Shown here piece after piece: positions 9,717-20,228 of a DNA stretch of 64,000 nucleotides; the first letter of the stretch is position 1; every line of letters begins with the position of its first letter. This DNA is from a virus (taxonomy: Duplodnaviria > Caudoviricetes): IMG/VR virus record IMGVR_UViG_3300021442_000250, positions 1 to 64,000 of that record; one strand, written 5' to 3'. The translations under genes and the position numbers were made by a program. The notes beneath the pieces are model-generated. The model worked only from the letters and a program-made list of their open reading frames with translations. It did no database searches and was not told the DNA's origin.

Positions 9717-9796
9717 ATACAATTGAACTAGACACCTTGTCTAGTCTTATGCAGACACAACTGCGTATAACATAGAACGTTAAAGGGAGAAAAAAA

Positions 9797-10162
9797 ATGG
9801 GAAGACCTATCAACAAAAGAAACTTCGGAACTGGTGCAGGCAATATTCAAGTTACATCTTGGAGAAAAGCCGCTGGTGTGGAGTCACAAACAGCTGGTTC
9901 AATCGTCAGACAAAGATCAACTAGAAAATTTATGGTTAATGCCAATGGTGCAGAAGAATTAATGACTCTAGTTAATAAGGCACAAGGTGCTTTAGCGGCG
10001 AGTGAATTTATCATCAATGCTAAAGACGATGGTGGAACTGCTACGCAAGTTACAAAACTTCGTAACAGAACTGTTCAAACAGAAGGAACAGCTAATTTCA
10101 AATATACGTTAAGCGACTCTAATGCGGCTACTTCAGCAGTTAGAACTGTAGACGTAATCTAA
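9797..10162 (+). CDS. Small virion protein, MGRP-family paralog 1
   Basis: SD GGGAG; paralogous to 10244..10621 (MGRPxNK..FG, I.RQR...KFMV, KL.N.T). Confidence 0.75.
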   Translation: MGRPINKRNFGTGAGNIQVTSWRKAAGVESQTAGSIVRQRSTRKFMVNANGAEELMTLVNKAQGALAASEFIINAKDDGGTATQVTKLRNRTVQTEGTANFKYTLSDSNAATSAVRTVDVI

Positions 10163-10186
10163 TAATATAAACTAATAACGCATTGT

Positions 10187-10215
10187 AAGGGGAAGTTTTC
10201 ACGCTTCCCCTTTTT
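10187..10215 (+). terminator. Intrinsic terminator
   Basis: AAGGGGAAGT...GCTTCCCCTT hairpin plus T-tract, immediately followed by a CATAAATA late promoter (10217-10224). Confidence 0.8.
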
Positions 10216-10243
10216 GCATAAATAAGTATAATATAATAAGAAT

Positions 10244-10621
10244 ATGGGTAGACCAGTTAATAAGAAGCATTTTGGGATCGTTAGTGGTTCAGACAACAAT
10301 TTTGTTGTTACTGTGAAAGTGGGTACAAACGCAGTTTCGGCAGTTGGGATCATTAAAAGACAGCGTGGATCTAATAAATTTATGGTAGATGATGCTAATG
10401 ATGATTCCGGAAATGAAGGAATATGTAGGTTAGTTGATAAAGACATTAATAGTTTAAATGATAATGAAATGTCTTTAACAGGTTACATAGGCGGAGCTGG
10501 TGACGGAGTTAGACTTAGAAAAGTGTTTAATAAAACCGCAATTGACTTTTCCGGCGTCCGTTATAAGTGGTCAGTTACAGATGACTCAACGTCTAGCCAA
10601 ATGGTTTTAACTGCGGTATAG
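10244..10621 (+). CDS. Small virion protein, MGRP-family paralog 2
   Basis: Paralog of 9797..10162. Confidence 0.75.
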   Translation: MGRPVNKKHFGIVSGSDNNFVVTVKVGTNAVSAVGIIKRQRGSNKFMVDDANDDSGNEGICRLVDKDINSLNDNEMSLTGYIGGAGDGVRLRKVFNKTAIDFSGVRYKWSVTDDSTSSQMVLTAV

Positions 10622-10630
10622 GGATTGTAA

Positions 10631-11614
10631 ATGTCAAGATTTATTCAAGTACCAAATGGTGATTATAAAGTAAAAGTCCAATCTGGTGGAGAAATAAAAT
10701 TAGACACTGGTGTTGGCGTAGGTAATACTAGAATAACAGGAAATTTAATTGTTGAAGGAACACAAACTCAAGTAACATCAAATGAATTAACTGTTAAAGA
10801 TAATATTATAGAAGTTAATAGTGGTGAAAATGGTGTAGGTGTTACACTTAATCAAGCAGGAATTAGAGTAGACAGAGGAAGTTTAGTCGATGTCCAAATG
10901 CTATTTGACGAACAATTATCCTGGAATGATCCCGATTCTCAAACAACTAGAACAGGCGCTTTTACATTTGTAGATGTAAACGGAGCATTATTAGGTTTAC
11001 GAACTAATAGTATTAGCACCGGTGGACCAATTTATTTTCAACCAGGTGGTTCAGGTTCTTTAAGAGTTATAAAAACAAGTTATGAAACTTACGTAACAGA
11101 CGATAATGATATTCCTAATAAAAAATATGTTGATACTGAAATAGTTACTCAAATTAATTCTTTAGCACCTGTGTTTATTGGACATAGTGATACAGAAGTA
11201 AGGGTAGCTGATTCTACAGGTGGAGCAAATCCAGTTAGTCAAATTACAATGTCAGTTGATGGTGTTGTAAAAGCTAAAATGAACAGCAATTCTTTTGAAT
11301 TATATAATACTACTGTTGATATTGGTCAAATTAGAATTGAAGATAATATTATATCAAACACCGTAAGTAATGGTGATTTAAAACTAGAAGCACCAGGTAC
11401 AGGAGCAGTAAAAGTTACTGACTCTTTTGTAATTCAACAAACACCAAGCACTTTAGACCCTGCTACAGACCCAGCATATGATACAGAAGGTGTTAAACTA
11501 TATTCAAAAGTTCCAGCAGGAGGCGATACTGGGCTTTATTATGTAAATACAAACGATGCTTATGGAGAAATGATCAGTAAAAATAGATCAATTGTCTTAA
11601 GTATGGTGTTATAA
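10631..11614 (+). CDS. Virion structural / fibre-associated protein (327 aa)
   Basis: ITGNLIVEGT, VKDNII..N.GE and IPNKKYVD motifs typical of phage fibre proteins. Confidence 0.65.
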   Translation: MSRFIQVPNGDYKVKVQSGGEIKLDTGVGVGNTRITGNLIVEGTQTQVTSNELTVKDNIIEVNSGENGVGVTLNQAGIRVDRGSLVDVQMLFDEQLSWNDPDSQTTRTGAFTFVDVNGALLGLRTNSISTGGPIYFQPGGSGSLRVIKTSYETYVTDDNDIPNKKYVDTEIVTQINSLAPVFIGHSDTEVRVADSTGGANPVSQITMSVDGVVKAKMNSNSFELYNTTVDIGQIRIEDNIISNTVSNGDLKLEAPGTGAVKVTDSFVIQQTPSTLDPATDPAYDTEGVKLYSKVPAGGDTGLYYVNTNDAYGEMISKNRSIVLSMVL

Positions 11615-11622
11615 GGATAAAA

Positions 11623-11958
11623 ATGGCTATTACAAACCACGAAATTACAACAGGACAAACGGTAGATGTGTTATTAGTACCAGCAGGAAAAACTTTTGCA
11701 GTAACAGGTTTATTATTATGTAATACTGCGGCAGTAGATCCAGCAGGAGGAAATGATAGTACGTTTACAATATATGCTGTAGCAAATGGTGAAGCCCCAG
11801 GTAACAAAAATATTATAGTTAACTCAGTAACACTTCCAGGTGCTGAAACCTTTACATTAGATACAGAAAAATTGATTTTAGCCGCAGGCGATAAAGTTAG
11901 AATTTCAGTTGGTGGCGCATCTAATGTTGCTTCGGTTGTAAGCTATCTGGAGGTATAA
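11623..11958 (+). CDS. Small beta-rich virion protein (paralog family with 19420 and 34524)
   Basis: Shared pattern VPA...V..L..CN...I....P......EKLIL..G. Confidence 0.65.
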   Translation: MAITNHEITTGQTVDVLLVPAGKTFAVTGLLLCNTAAVDPAGGNDSTFTIYAVANGEAPGNKNIIVNSVTLPGAETFTLDTEKLILAAGDKVRISVGGASNVASVVSYLEV

Positions 11959-12752
11959 TGAAATTTCTAAAAAGACACTCCTCAAATAAAAGAATGATTA
12001 ACGGTAAAGGCGTGGTCTACGATCAATATGAAAATATTAATATTGAATCTGTAGGTTCACTGCAAGTTCCTAAAGGAACAACAGCACAAAGACCTACTTT
12101 ACCTATAGTTGGTCAACTTAGATATAACACAACAACTAAAAACTTTGAAGTTTATGAAGATGTTGGTGGCGGTGGTACAATGTGGAAATCATTTAGATTA
12201 AGTGAACCATTTGGAGTAACAGTTCAATCTTTAGGAAATGGAAATGATACAGAAATAAACTTTGGTGTATTAGATTCAAATGACGGTGGTATGAAACAAG
12301 AACCAGCTACTCCTCAAGCAGTATTAGTAATGGTAGAAAACGTTTTACAAATTCCAACAACAAATTATACACTTATACAAAATCCTTGTAGTGTTAATAG
12401 TATTAAGGTAGCTGTGGTACAAAACTATAATGCTACTGGTGTTGGAGCATTTCAAAGTAAAGATTTAGCATTTGTTGATTGGATAGATAAAGGTTATCAC
12501 GTAGGTCAACAAATTGTAATAACAGGATCAGCTAATAATAATGGAACATATTCAGTTACAGCAGTTACACAAGAATATTTAAGTGCTAATCAATTGCTTG
12601 TTAATGAAACTAACGTAGGAAACGCTCAAATTTTTGTAGACGGTAAAAGTTCAGTAACAACTAATTCATACCCTGTAGGGTTTTATCTTGCATTTGGTAC
12701 ACCTGTACCTACTGGAAAACCAGTAACAGTTATTCATAACTTCGACAAATAA
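11958..12752 (+). CDS. Virion structural protein (264 aa)
   Basis: VPKGTTAQRP...GQLRYNT motif shared with the next two genes; TAATG coupling. Confidence 0.65.
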   Translation: MKFLKRHSSNKRMINGKGVVYDQYENINIESVGSLQVPKGTTAQRPTLPIVGQLRYNTTTKNFEVYEDVGGGGTMWKSFRLSEPFGVTVQSLGNGNDTEINFGVLDSNDGGMKQEPATPQAVLVMVENVLQIPTTNYTLIQNPCSVNSIKVAVVQNYNATGVGAFQSKDLAFVDWIDKGYHVGQQIVITGSANNNGTYSVTAVTQEYLSANQLLVNETNVGNAQIFVDGKSSVTTNSYPVGFYLAFGTPVPTGKPVTVIHNFDK

Positions 12753-12792
12753 ATTATTCCCCAAAATACCATAAATACGTAAAAGGAGTACT

Positions 12793-15546
12793 ATGCCAAC
12801 AGGTACAACAAATTTAGGTAGAATATCAGGACCATTACTTAAAGAAAATCTGACAAGATCTAGTGATTTAGCTTTTGAAACAGATTTACTTTTCATTGGG
12901 CATACTAATAGTAAAATAGGTATTAGAACAGATGCTCCATCAAAAGATTTAACTATTACAGGAACAACAAAAGTTCCTACAGAATTAACTGCCACAAATA
13001 GTGCTACAATTGGAAATATGGTATGGGACCAAGATGGTATTAGATCTTTATTAGGTCCTATTACAATAACAACTGGTGCAGGCGGGGCCATAACTTATAA
13101 AGAATTAAGAACAGAACATCTTTACTTCACAAATAGTACTATAGGTGCTTATAATACAAATTCAAATATTGAAATTTATCCGGGACCTGGTACTGGAAAA
13201 TTTGTAATTCCTAGTGATTTAAAATCTTACGGAAGTATTCATTCTACAGCAGATATAACATTTGATGGTAGTGTTTTTATAGGTGGAGATTCAGATGAAG
13301 ATACTATAAAATTTGAAGGTGACATAACTTCTAACTTAAATGTAGACCAAACATTAACATTTGATGTAGGTGCAAATTTAAAAAGATGGGGATACTTCCA
13401 CGTAAAAAGTATGCCTGACTTGAATAACATTACTATTGATAACTTTATAAGTTTAAATGGAGTAGCTGTTAATTTAGGTATAACAAACAAATGGTATGTT
13501 ACTACAGATGGTACTGACGCATTATCGGGTACTCATCCTAACTTTGCATTTGGAACTATTAAACATACATTACAAACTATTGAAGAAAGTACAGCAGGAC
13601 CACATGAAGTTCACGTTTTTCCAGGAACATATGAAGAAGTTTTTCCATTAGAAATTCCTGAAAATGTTACTATAAAAGGTATAGGTCAAGGAGCTGTTAT
13701 TATAAAACCAACAGTTGGAACACAAAGTGAATTTGCATTTTTATTAAATGATAGTTGTTCTATACAAAATGTTACTATTACTGGAAGTTTAGGTGGTTTT
13801 AAATTTGCCAATAATGCAACTATTGTAAATCAATCTCCTTATCTAGCAGATATTAAATTAAAATTAGAAGACAGTCTTGCTTACGGTATATCACTTAACG
13901 GAAATATAACTGATACAAACAGTGAAGATAGTGTATCACTTAAAAATGTATCTATAAAATTAAATCATGCTAATTCAGTAGGAATTTATACTACAGGTGC
14001 AGGCGTAAAAGTAGAAGCAATAGAATGTATTATAGAAGGACTAGCTGATAAAGGAATTGAAAATACAGGTGGAGAAGTAAAAGTAATAGGATCTATATTC
14101 CGTAATTTAACTACAGCAATTAGTGGAAATGGAGCTACTACTATAGTCAATGCAATAGGTTGTGCATTTGATAAAGTAACTCAAAATGTAAATCCTGTTA
14201 ATAATGCTAAAATTTATACAAGTTCTTTTGATGAAAAAAATAATTTTGAAGTAGGTGATTTAACAGGAACAAATTATCACTTTGGAATTAATGATAAACA
14301 ATTTAATTTAAAATCTAGTTCAATAACTTTAACTGATTCACAAATTAATTTTACAGGTGGTGATCATACACATCTTGAAGGTGATGAATTAACTGTAGGT
14401 GATTATACTATAACTGATGGTACATTAAAAACTCATACAGGTGATATTAATGTTAAATCTACTGGAACAATTAATTTTAATACTGATACTAAAATTTTAA
14501 ACAATAACAGTATAACAATATCAGGTGATGGAACTATAGCAGGTTCATTAATTAATCTTGGTGATCAACCTACAGACATTGTAGACTTCAATATGGATAT
14601 GACACAAGATTTATTACCAGCTGACAATACAATACGAAATTTGGGTTCCGCAAGTAAGCAATGGTATAAATCTACTTTTTCTACTGTAGATTTTGGTAAT
14701 CTTGTAGTTCATAATAATACTATGAGAACAACAGAATCTAATGCTGACTTAGAATTAAAAGGTAGTGGAACTGGTAATGTTGTTACTGAAGAATTATCAT
14801 TTGGCACAGGAATTTCTTCTGCAAATGATATAGTTTTTGATACAGGAGCATCAACACTTACAGTTAATAGTACAACAGCATTAAACGTTCCTGTAGGAAC
14901 AACTGCACAAAGACCTACACAAGATAGAGGAATAAGATTTGACACTACTAGTTCATTATTTGAAACATTTCACGGAGGAGCAACTCCTTTAGGTGGTGTA
15001 ATAGATGCTGATTTAGACACTAAAATAGATTTAACAAGTAATCAATTTACATTTAAAATAGCTGGATCTAACGTAGGTACTTTAACTGGTACAGAACTAA
15101 CACTTAATAGATTTGGAAGTCAAGATCAAGTTAATATAGATGACAATACTATAACTGTACCTGACGGAGCCGTAAATGCTCAAGCAGGTTTAGAAGCTAA
15201 TGGTACTGGTAAAGTAATATTAGACACATCTAACTTTACTATGTCTGGGGGCACTCTTCTTAATAGTGAAAGTGAAAGCGATATTATTGTTACAGGTACG
15301 GGTTTAAAAGTAGATAGATTTGTTAAAATAGACGCTCCAGCTATCAAATTTCCATATGGTACTTCTGTAGAACAAGAAGGAAAATCCAACAAAAAACAAG
15401 GTGAATTGTTTTGGAATACAGATGTTTCTATACTTCAAGTATGGACTGGAACTGAATGGAAATCTGCTACAGGACAAGCAGAAACAAGCATAACTATAGA
15501 AGATTTAGAAGCAATTAACTTAACATATAACTTAATAATTAATTAA
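12793..15546 (+). CDS. Tail fibre/spike-like protein with pectin-lyase-like beta-helix (917 aa)
   Basis: WYVTTDG.D...F.TI...FPGTYEE.FPL.IP.NV.IKG beta-helix cap and GTTAQRP repeat; paralog of 15701..19411. Confidence 0.7.
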   Translation: MPTGTTNLGRISGPLLKENLTRSSDLAFETDLLFIGHTNSKIGIRTDAPSKDLTITGTTKVPTELTATNSATIGNMVWDQDGIRSLLGPITITTGAGGAITYKELRTEHLYFTNSTIGAYNTNSNIEIYPGPGTGKFVIPSDLKSYGSIHSTADITFDGSVFIGGDSDEDTIKFEGDITSNLNVDQTLTFDVGANLKRWGYFHVKSMPDLNNITIDNFISLNGVAVNLGITNKWYVTTDGTDALSGTHPNFAFGTIKHTLQTIEESTAGPHEVHVFPGTYEEVFPLEIPENVTIKGIGQGAVIIKPTVGTQSEFAFLLNDSCSIQNVTITGSLGGFKFANNATIVNQSPYLADIKLKLEDSLAYGISLNGNITDTNSEDSVSLKNVSIKLNHANSVGIYTTGAGVKVEAIECIIEGLADKGIENTGGEVKVIGSIFRNLTTAISGNGATTIVNAIGCAFDKVTQNVNPVNNAKIYTSSFDEKNNFEVGDLTGTNYHFGINDKQFNLKSSSITLTDSQINFTGGDHTHLEGDELTVGDYTITDGTLKTHTGDINVKSTGTINFNTDTKILNNNSITISGDGTIAGSLINLGDQPTDIVDFNMDMTQDLLPADNTIRNLGSASKQWYKSTFSTVDFGNLVVHNNTMRTTESNADLELKGSGTGNVVTEELSFGTGISSANDIVFDTGASTLTVNSTTALNVPVGTTAQRPTQDRGIRFDTTSSLFETFHGGATPLGGVIDADLDTKIDLTSNQFTFKIAGSNVGTLTGTELTLNRFGSQDQVNIDDNTITVPDGAVNAQAGLEANGTGKVILDTSNFTMSGGTLLNSESESDIIVTGTGLKVDRFVKIDAPAIKFPYGTSVEQEGKSNKKQGELFWNTDVSILQVWTGTEWKSATGQAETSITIEDLEAINLTYNLIIN

Positions 15547-15585
15547 GCAATATTCTAGCATACTACAACATAAATCCAAAATCAG

Positions 15586-15593
15586 TATAAATA
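15586..15593 (+). promoter_or_regulatory. T4-type late promoter
   Basis: Exact TATAAATA. Variants N(A/G/C)TAAATA occur intergenically at 2738, 3650, 7905, 9422, 9712, 10217, 12770, 23181, 28374, 34868, 38296, 42815, 43284, 59164 and 60961. Confidence 0.75.
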
Positions 15594-15700
15594 CTAATAA
15601 TGTTTAAATCAGACCTTGTTTTAGACAGGACAAACTGTGGTTCAACCCGCAAGGTAATGTGGTTGGTGGGACAAGATCCCCGTGCTAAAGGAGATAGAGA

Positions 15701-18700
15701 ATGGCCGTAGGTCGAATTTCAGGACAGCTCTTAAAGTCCAACTTACTTCGTAATGGAGTAAACCTGGCCTTCGAGACTGATCTTTTATACATTGATGTTA
15801 ATAATTCTCGAATAGGAGTTAACACTGCTAGTCCCCAGTTTCCATTAGATGTTAATGGAGCAGTACGTACAACAGATTTAGAAGTCACAAATTCAGCAGT
15901 TATTAATAATATTACAATTGGTGCTAATTCAATTACTACAACTGCACCTTCTCTTAATATTACTTCACCAGACGGTATTTTATACAACAATAAACTATTA
16001 ATTGATGATATAGAAATTAGTGGTAACACTATTAAAGCCACAGATTCCAATCAAAATTTTGAAATTCAAACTAGTGGTACAGGTATTGTAGAAGTATTTG
16101 GTGATACTTTAGTTAATGGTAATATTCATGCTACAGGTAATATAAGAGCTGATGGCAATATTCAAATAGGTGACGCAGATACAGATTCAATTTCAATTGC
16201 GGCAGATTTTACAAGTAACATTACTCCAGATTTAACTGACACATATAATATGGGTTCCGCAACAAAAAGGTGGAATGACGTATATGCAAATAACTTAATT
16301 GTAGATAATCTTACATTGAATGGTAACATTACTGTACAAGGTCTTGACTTAACGGCTAGACCAGGAAAAATTTATTATGTTGCAACAAATGGTGATGATG
16401 CTAAAACAGGAACTCACCAAAATGATCCTTTTGCAACAGTTTCAAAAGCATTAACAACTGCAACAGATGGAGATTTAGTTTACATATATCCAGGAACATA
16501 TAATGAAGTTTTACCTTTAACTATTCCTGCTGGAGTTTCAGTAAGAGGTGACGGTATTAGAGCAGTTGTTATTAAACCTCATGGAAGTACACCAAACAAA
16601 GATGTATTCATTCTTAATGGTGAATCTACTGTTGAAGATTTAACTATTGCAGATTTTTATTATAATTCTGGTGCAACAGAAGGACACGCATTTAGATTAG
16701 CCACTGGCGCAGATAGTACATATTTCCAACTTACAAGTGATATACCTTTAATTAAAAATGTTGCTGTAATTACAAAAGGTTCAGTAACTTCAGGTGCAGA
16801 CCCTAGAGGTTTTGACCAAGGAGATGCAGGTAAAGGAGCATTTCTTGATGGACAAGTAGTTGGAGGAATTACTCCAGAAGTTAGAGTTAGATTTCAAAAT
16901 TGTACATTTATTACACCTGGTATGGATGCAATAACAGTAACAAATGGTGTAAGAGTAGATTTTATTAATTCATTTACATATTTTGCAAACAAAGGTATTA
17001 ATGTTACAGATGGTTCATATGGACAAGGTGGGGACGGAAAAACAAGAGTAAACATAGCAGGATTATCAGGATCTTTTCCAGCACCTAGTGAAACTGCAAC
17101 TTATTATGATAAAGATGGATCAACAAAATTAGCTGAAGGAACAATTGAATCTGTAGACGCAGGTAATAATTTAGTTGCATTCGATGGCAAAGTTGGTGCG
17201 TTTGCTTTACCTTCAACAAGACCTACTAAAACAGTTACAGTCACAGGAACTACAATAGATGGAACAACTAAAAAATATGGAAATGGAAGTTTCAAACAAA
17301 CAGCTTCTAGTCATAATTTAAAAGTTGCAGGACATACAGACTTTGGTTTTAGTACTGGAAATTTCCAAATAGAAGGTTGGTTATACCCTACATCAGTACA
17401 AAGTAATACTTTGTTTACTATAGGAAGTTTAGAAATTGATATTCTTAATAACGTTCCTAGAGTTAAACTTGATGGAAATGTAATTGCAACTGAAAGTGCA
17501 GGTTTTAATATTAATGTTTGGACTCACTTTGCTGTAGGAAGACAAAACAATACGTTAAAAATGTTTATTGGCGGAGTTAATGACAGTAACGTAGATGTTT
17601 CTGGTTGGACTGCAGATTTAGGCGGTTCAGATGATGTTTATATTGGAAATAGTAATTCACTTAATAATGCCTTTACTGGTTTTATAGATGACGTTAGAAT
17701 AATCAAAGGTGATATGACATATACAGCAAACTTTACACCACCTAGTGTAGAATTAACAAATACAAATAATAATAATGGTATTACAGCATTAATGTTAAAT
17801 GCTAATAACTTTTTAGATAATTCTAAACTATTTCAAGATATTAGATTCTCAGGCGGTTCAACAGCTAACGAAATTACTTTAGCTGATTATTCAGACTTTG
17901 GATCAGATTTTAGAAGTATATCAAGTGCAAACGTTTATGGAACTTACGGTGTTGTTGCAGATGGTATTGGTGCAAATGTAAATTTAGTTAATCATAATTT
18001 TAACTATGTAGGTTCAGGAAAAAGTTTTGCAAATGATGTAAATGAAGTTGTACAAGCAAATGAAGTTGTTGCTTCTACTAATGCAAAAATAAATTATAAT
18101 TCAGTTGATCAAAGTGGTGGATTTAGACTTGGTGAGCAATTTGCAATAAATCAAGATACTGGTTTAATAGAATTTAAATCTACTGAATTAAAAATAGATA
18201 CTACTTCTCAAATGTCAATTACTAATGGTTCTAATACTACTGTTTTAGATGGTACTAAAGTAGAAACACCTAAATTAAGAATGAGTGGAACTACTATTGA
18301 AAGTTTATCAGGAAATTTAGATTTTAATTCAAGTACAAATGTAATTAATTTATTAAACAATGTTAATGTTACAGGAAATTTAGATGTAACAGGAAATATA
18401 ACAATTGGTGGTAACATAACAATTGGTGATGAAGCTACTGATACAGTTACTATTACTGCTGGAATAGGAAGTGATTTAATTCCTGCAACAGATAATACTT
18501 ACAATTTAGGTAATGATACTAATAGATGGAATACATTATTTGCAAATCAAATACAAGTAGATAGTATTAATCTTACAAATAATGTAATCAAAACAACTGA
18601 TAGTAATGCTGATTTAGAATTAATGGCAAACGGGACTGGCGGGATCAGATTAGAATCATTTAGATTTAATCAAAATATTATTACTAACGATTCAGGAGAT

Positions 18701-19411
18701 ATGACAATTACTCCTGCAACAGGAATAGCAAGAGTTGACGGCACAGGAAGTATTAGAATACCATCAGGTACAACTGCAGAAAGACCTGGAAGTCCTGCAA
18801 ATGGTATGATACGTTACAACACAGATACAAGTTTATTTGAAGGTTATGAAGGAGCAAATTGGTTAGCATTAACAGGTGTATATGATTTAGATAGAGACAC
18901 TTATATTACAGCAGAAGCTACTCCAGGTGCAGATGATGATACTATTAGATTTTATGCTGGTGGAGTTTTAGTAGCAAACGTTAATTCTACTAGATTTGAC
19001 ATAACAAAATTAGTTGTAGATTCCATAGAAATTGATGGAAATACCATAACAACTACAGGTGTAAATCAGGATTTAATATTAAATGCTAATGGAAATGGTA
19101 GCATTAGAATAGAAGACTTTAAATTTGAAGGAAATACGATAACTAATACTATATCGGCTCCAATCGTACTTAAAACGAGCGGAAACGGTTATGTTGATGT
19201 TTCAGATGCTGGTGGATTTGTACTTCCTTCAGGTACTGCATTAGATAGACCTGCTGTAGGTCAGTTGGGTATGACGAGGTACAATACTCAAGATAGCAGG
19301 GTAGAGTTATATGATGGAAGCAATTGGGGATCAATTGCAGGTTCGTCAGGAGCGATAAGCGTACTTGATGCAACTGAAATTTCAATAACATACGCAATTG
19401 CGTTAGGATAA
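15701..19411 (+). CDS. Tail fibre/spike-like protein with beta-helix and LamG/ConA-like domain (1236 aa)
   Basis: YYVATNG.D..G...DPF.T...YPGTYNE beta-helix; DFGF..GNF.IEGW.YP...W.H.AV.R...F.GFIDDVRI.KG LamG-like; ends YAIALG. Confidence 0.75.
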   Translation: MAVGRISGQLLKSNLLRNGVNLAFETDLLYIDVNNSRIGVNTASPQFPLDVNGAVRTTDLEVTNSAVINNITIGANSITTTAPSLNITSPDGILYNNKLLIDDIEISGNTIKATDSNQNFEIQTSGTGIVEVFGDTLVNGNIHATGNIRADGNIQIGDADTDSISIAADFTSNITPDLTDTYNMGSATKRWNDVYANNLIVDNLTLNGNITVQGLDLTARPGKIYYVATNGDDAKTGTHQNDPFATVSKALTTATDGDLVYIYPGTYNEVLPLTIPAGVSVRGDGIRAVVIKPHGSTPNKDVFILNGESTVEDLTIADFYYNSGATEGHAFRLATGADSTYFQLTSDIPLIKNVAVITKGSVTSGADPRGFDQGDAGKGAFLDGQVVGGITPEVRVRFQNCTFITPGMDAITVTNGVRVDFINSFTYFANKGINVTDGSYGQGGDGKTRVNIAGLSGSFPAPSETATYYDKDGSTKLAEGTIESVDAGNNLVAFDGKVGAFALPSTRPTKTVTVTGTTIDGTTKKYGNGSFKQTASSHNLKVAGHTDFGFSTGNFQIEGWLYPTSVQSNTLFTIGSLEIDILNNVPRVKLDGNVIATESAGFNINVWTHFAVGRQNNTLKMFIGGVNDSNVDVSGWTADLGGSDDVYIGNSNSLNNAFTGFIDDVRIIKGDMTYTANFTPPSVELTNTNNNNGITALMLNANNFLDNSKLFQDIRFSGGSTANEITLADYSDFGSDFRSISSANVYGTYGVVADGIGANVNLVNHNFNYVGSGKSFANDVNEVVQANEVVASTNAKINYNSVDQSGGFRLGEQFAINQDTGLIEFKSTELKIDTTSQMSITNGSNTTVLDGTKVETPKLRMSGTTIESLSGNLDFNSSTNVINLLNNVNVTGNLDVTGNITIGGNITIGDEATDTVTITAGIGSDLIPATDNTYNLGNDTNRWNTLFANQIQVDSINLTNNVIKTTDSNADLELMANGTGGIRLESFRFNQNIITNDSGDMTITPATGIARVDGTGSIRIPSGTTAERPGSPANGMIRYNTDTSLFEGYEGANWLALTGVYDLDRDTYITAEATPGADDDTIRFYAGGVLVANVNSTRFDITKLVVDSIEIDGNTITTTGVNQDLILNANGNGSIRIEDFKFEGNTITNTISAPIVLKTSGNGYVDVSDAGGFVLPSGTALDRPAVGQLGMTRYNTQDSRVELYDGSNWGSIAGSSGAISVLDATEISITYAIALG

Positions 19412-19419
19412 AAATTTAA

Positions 19420-19749
19420 ATGGCAACATACTTTAAAAATTCAATAATAAAAAACGTTGGGACAGTTCCAATAACGGTTTATTCACCGCCAATAGGAACT
19501 AACACAATTGTTTTAGGACTTAATCTTGCAAACTTAATTGAAAGTATTGTAAAAGTTACTGTAACATTACAAGATACAACTAGTGTTTCAGGTTATATTG
19601 TTAAAGATGTAATGATTGCCCCTAATTCTAGTTTAAGAATTTTAAGTGCAGGTGAAAAATTAATTATTGCCTCACAAAGTACACTACAAGTGAATGCGGA
19701 TATTGCCGATTCAGTAGATGTTGTAATGAGTTTCGTGGAGTTAACATAA
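19420..19749 (+). CDS. Small beta-rich virion protein (paralog of 11623 and 34524)
   Basis: VYSPP...IVLGLNLAN...I.PNSSL...GEKLI. Confidence 0.65.
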   Translation: MATYFKNSIIKNVGTVPITVYSPPIGTNTIVLGLNLANLIESIVKVTVTLQDTTSVSGYIVKDVMIAPNSSLRILSAGEKLIIASQSTLQVNADIADSVDVVMSFVELT

Positions 19750-19750
19750 G

Positions 19751-20209
19751 ATGAGTGATATTGGTCAAAATTTAAAAGCATATATGTTAGCAGGAATTAA
19801 AGATAGATATTTCTATGGTTTAAGAAGAACTATCGATGGAACTTTGTATATGCATAAAATTGATCAAATGAAAGCTGGAGAATCTGTTTCAATTAATGTT
19901 CCAGGTAATCCTGCAGAAAATTATATTGATTTTGATCAAGGAACTGATTTTTATGAAGGTAGAGGACCAAATCATTCTCTAGTTTATGAAAATTTAAAAT
20001 ACGAACAATTTAGATGGGACGATGTTAATCTAAATTATTATGTAAACGATAATGGAGAGTTAGTAGTAAGAATTAATGCTACAAAAGATCAGGGCACTGT
20101 CACTTATCCAGAAACATTAGAAGAAGCTAGTGTCCAGCCTAAGGAATTTACATTTGATAGAGATGTATATTCATTTGATAGTAATGAAAGAACTTGGGAT
20201 AGAACTTAA
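19751..20209 (+). CDS. Hypothetical virion protein, RYFYGLRRT paralog 1
   Basis: Paralog of 22824..23180 (RYFYGLRRT..G..Y..K.D, DFY.GR, YENL.YEQ..WD, YY.N..GELV.R.N). Confidence 0.7.
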   Translation: MSDIGQNLKAYMLAGIKDRYFYGLRRTIDGTLYMHKIDQMKAGESVSINVPGNPAENYIDFDQGTDFYEGRGPNHSLVYENLKYEQFRWDDVNLNYYVNDNGELVVRINATKDQGTVTYPETLEEASVQPKEFTFDRDVYSFDSNERTWDRT

Positions 20210-20228
20210 AACGTGGGAGTATTAAAAA

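Noticed and set aside
15636-15693. SAM-II/SAM-V riboswitch call from the GCTAAAGGAG ending
   Set aside because: The conserved P1/loop core could not be matched by eye; kept only as an unassigned structured leader.
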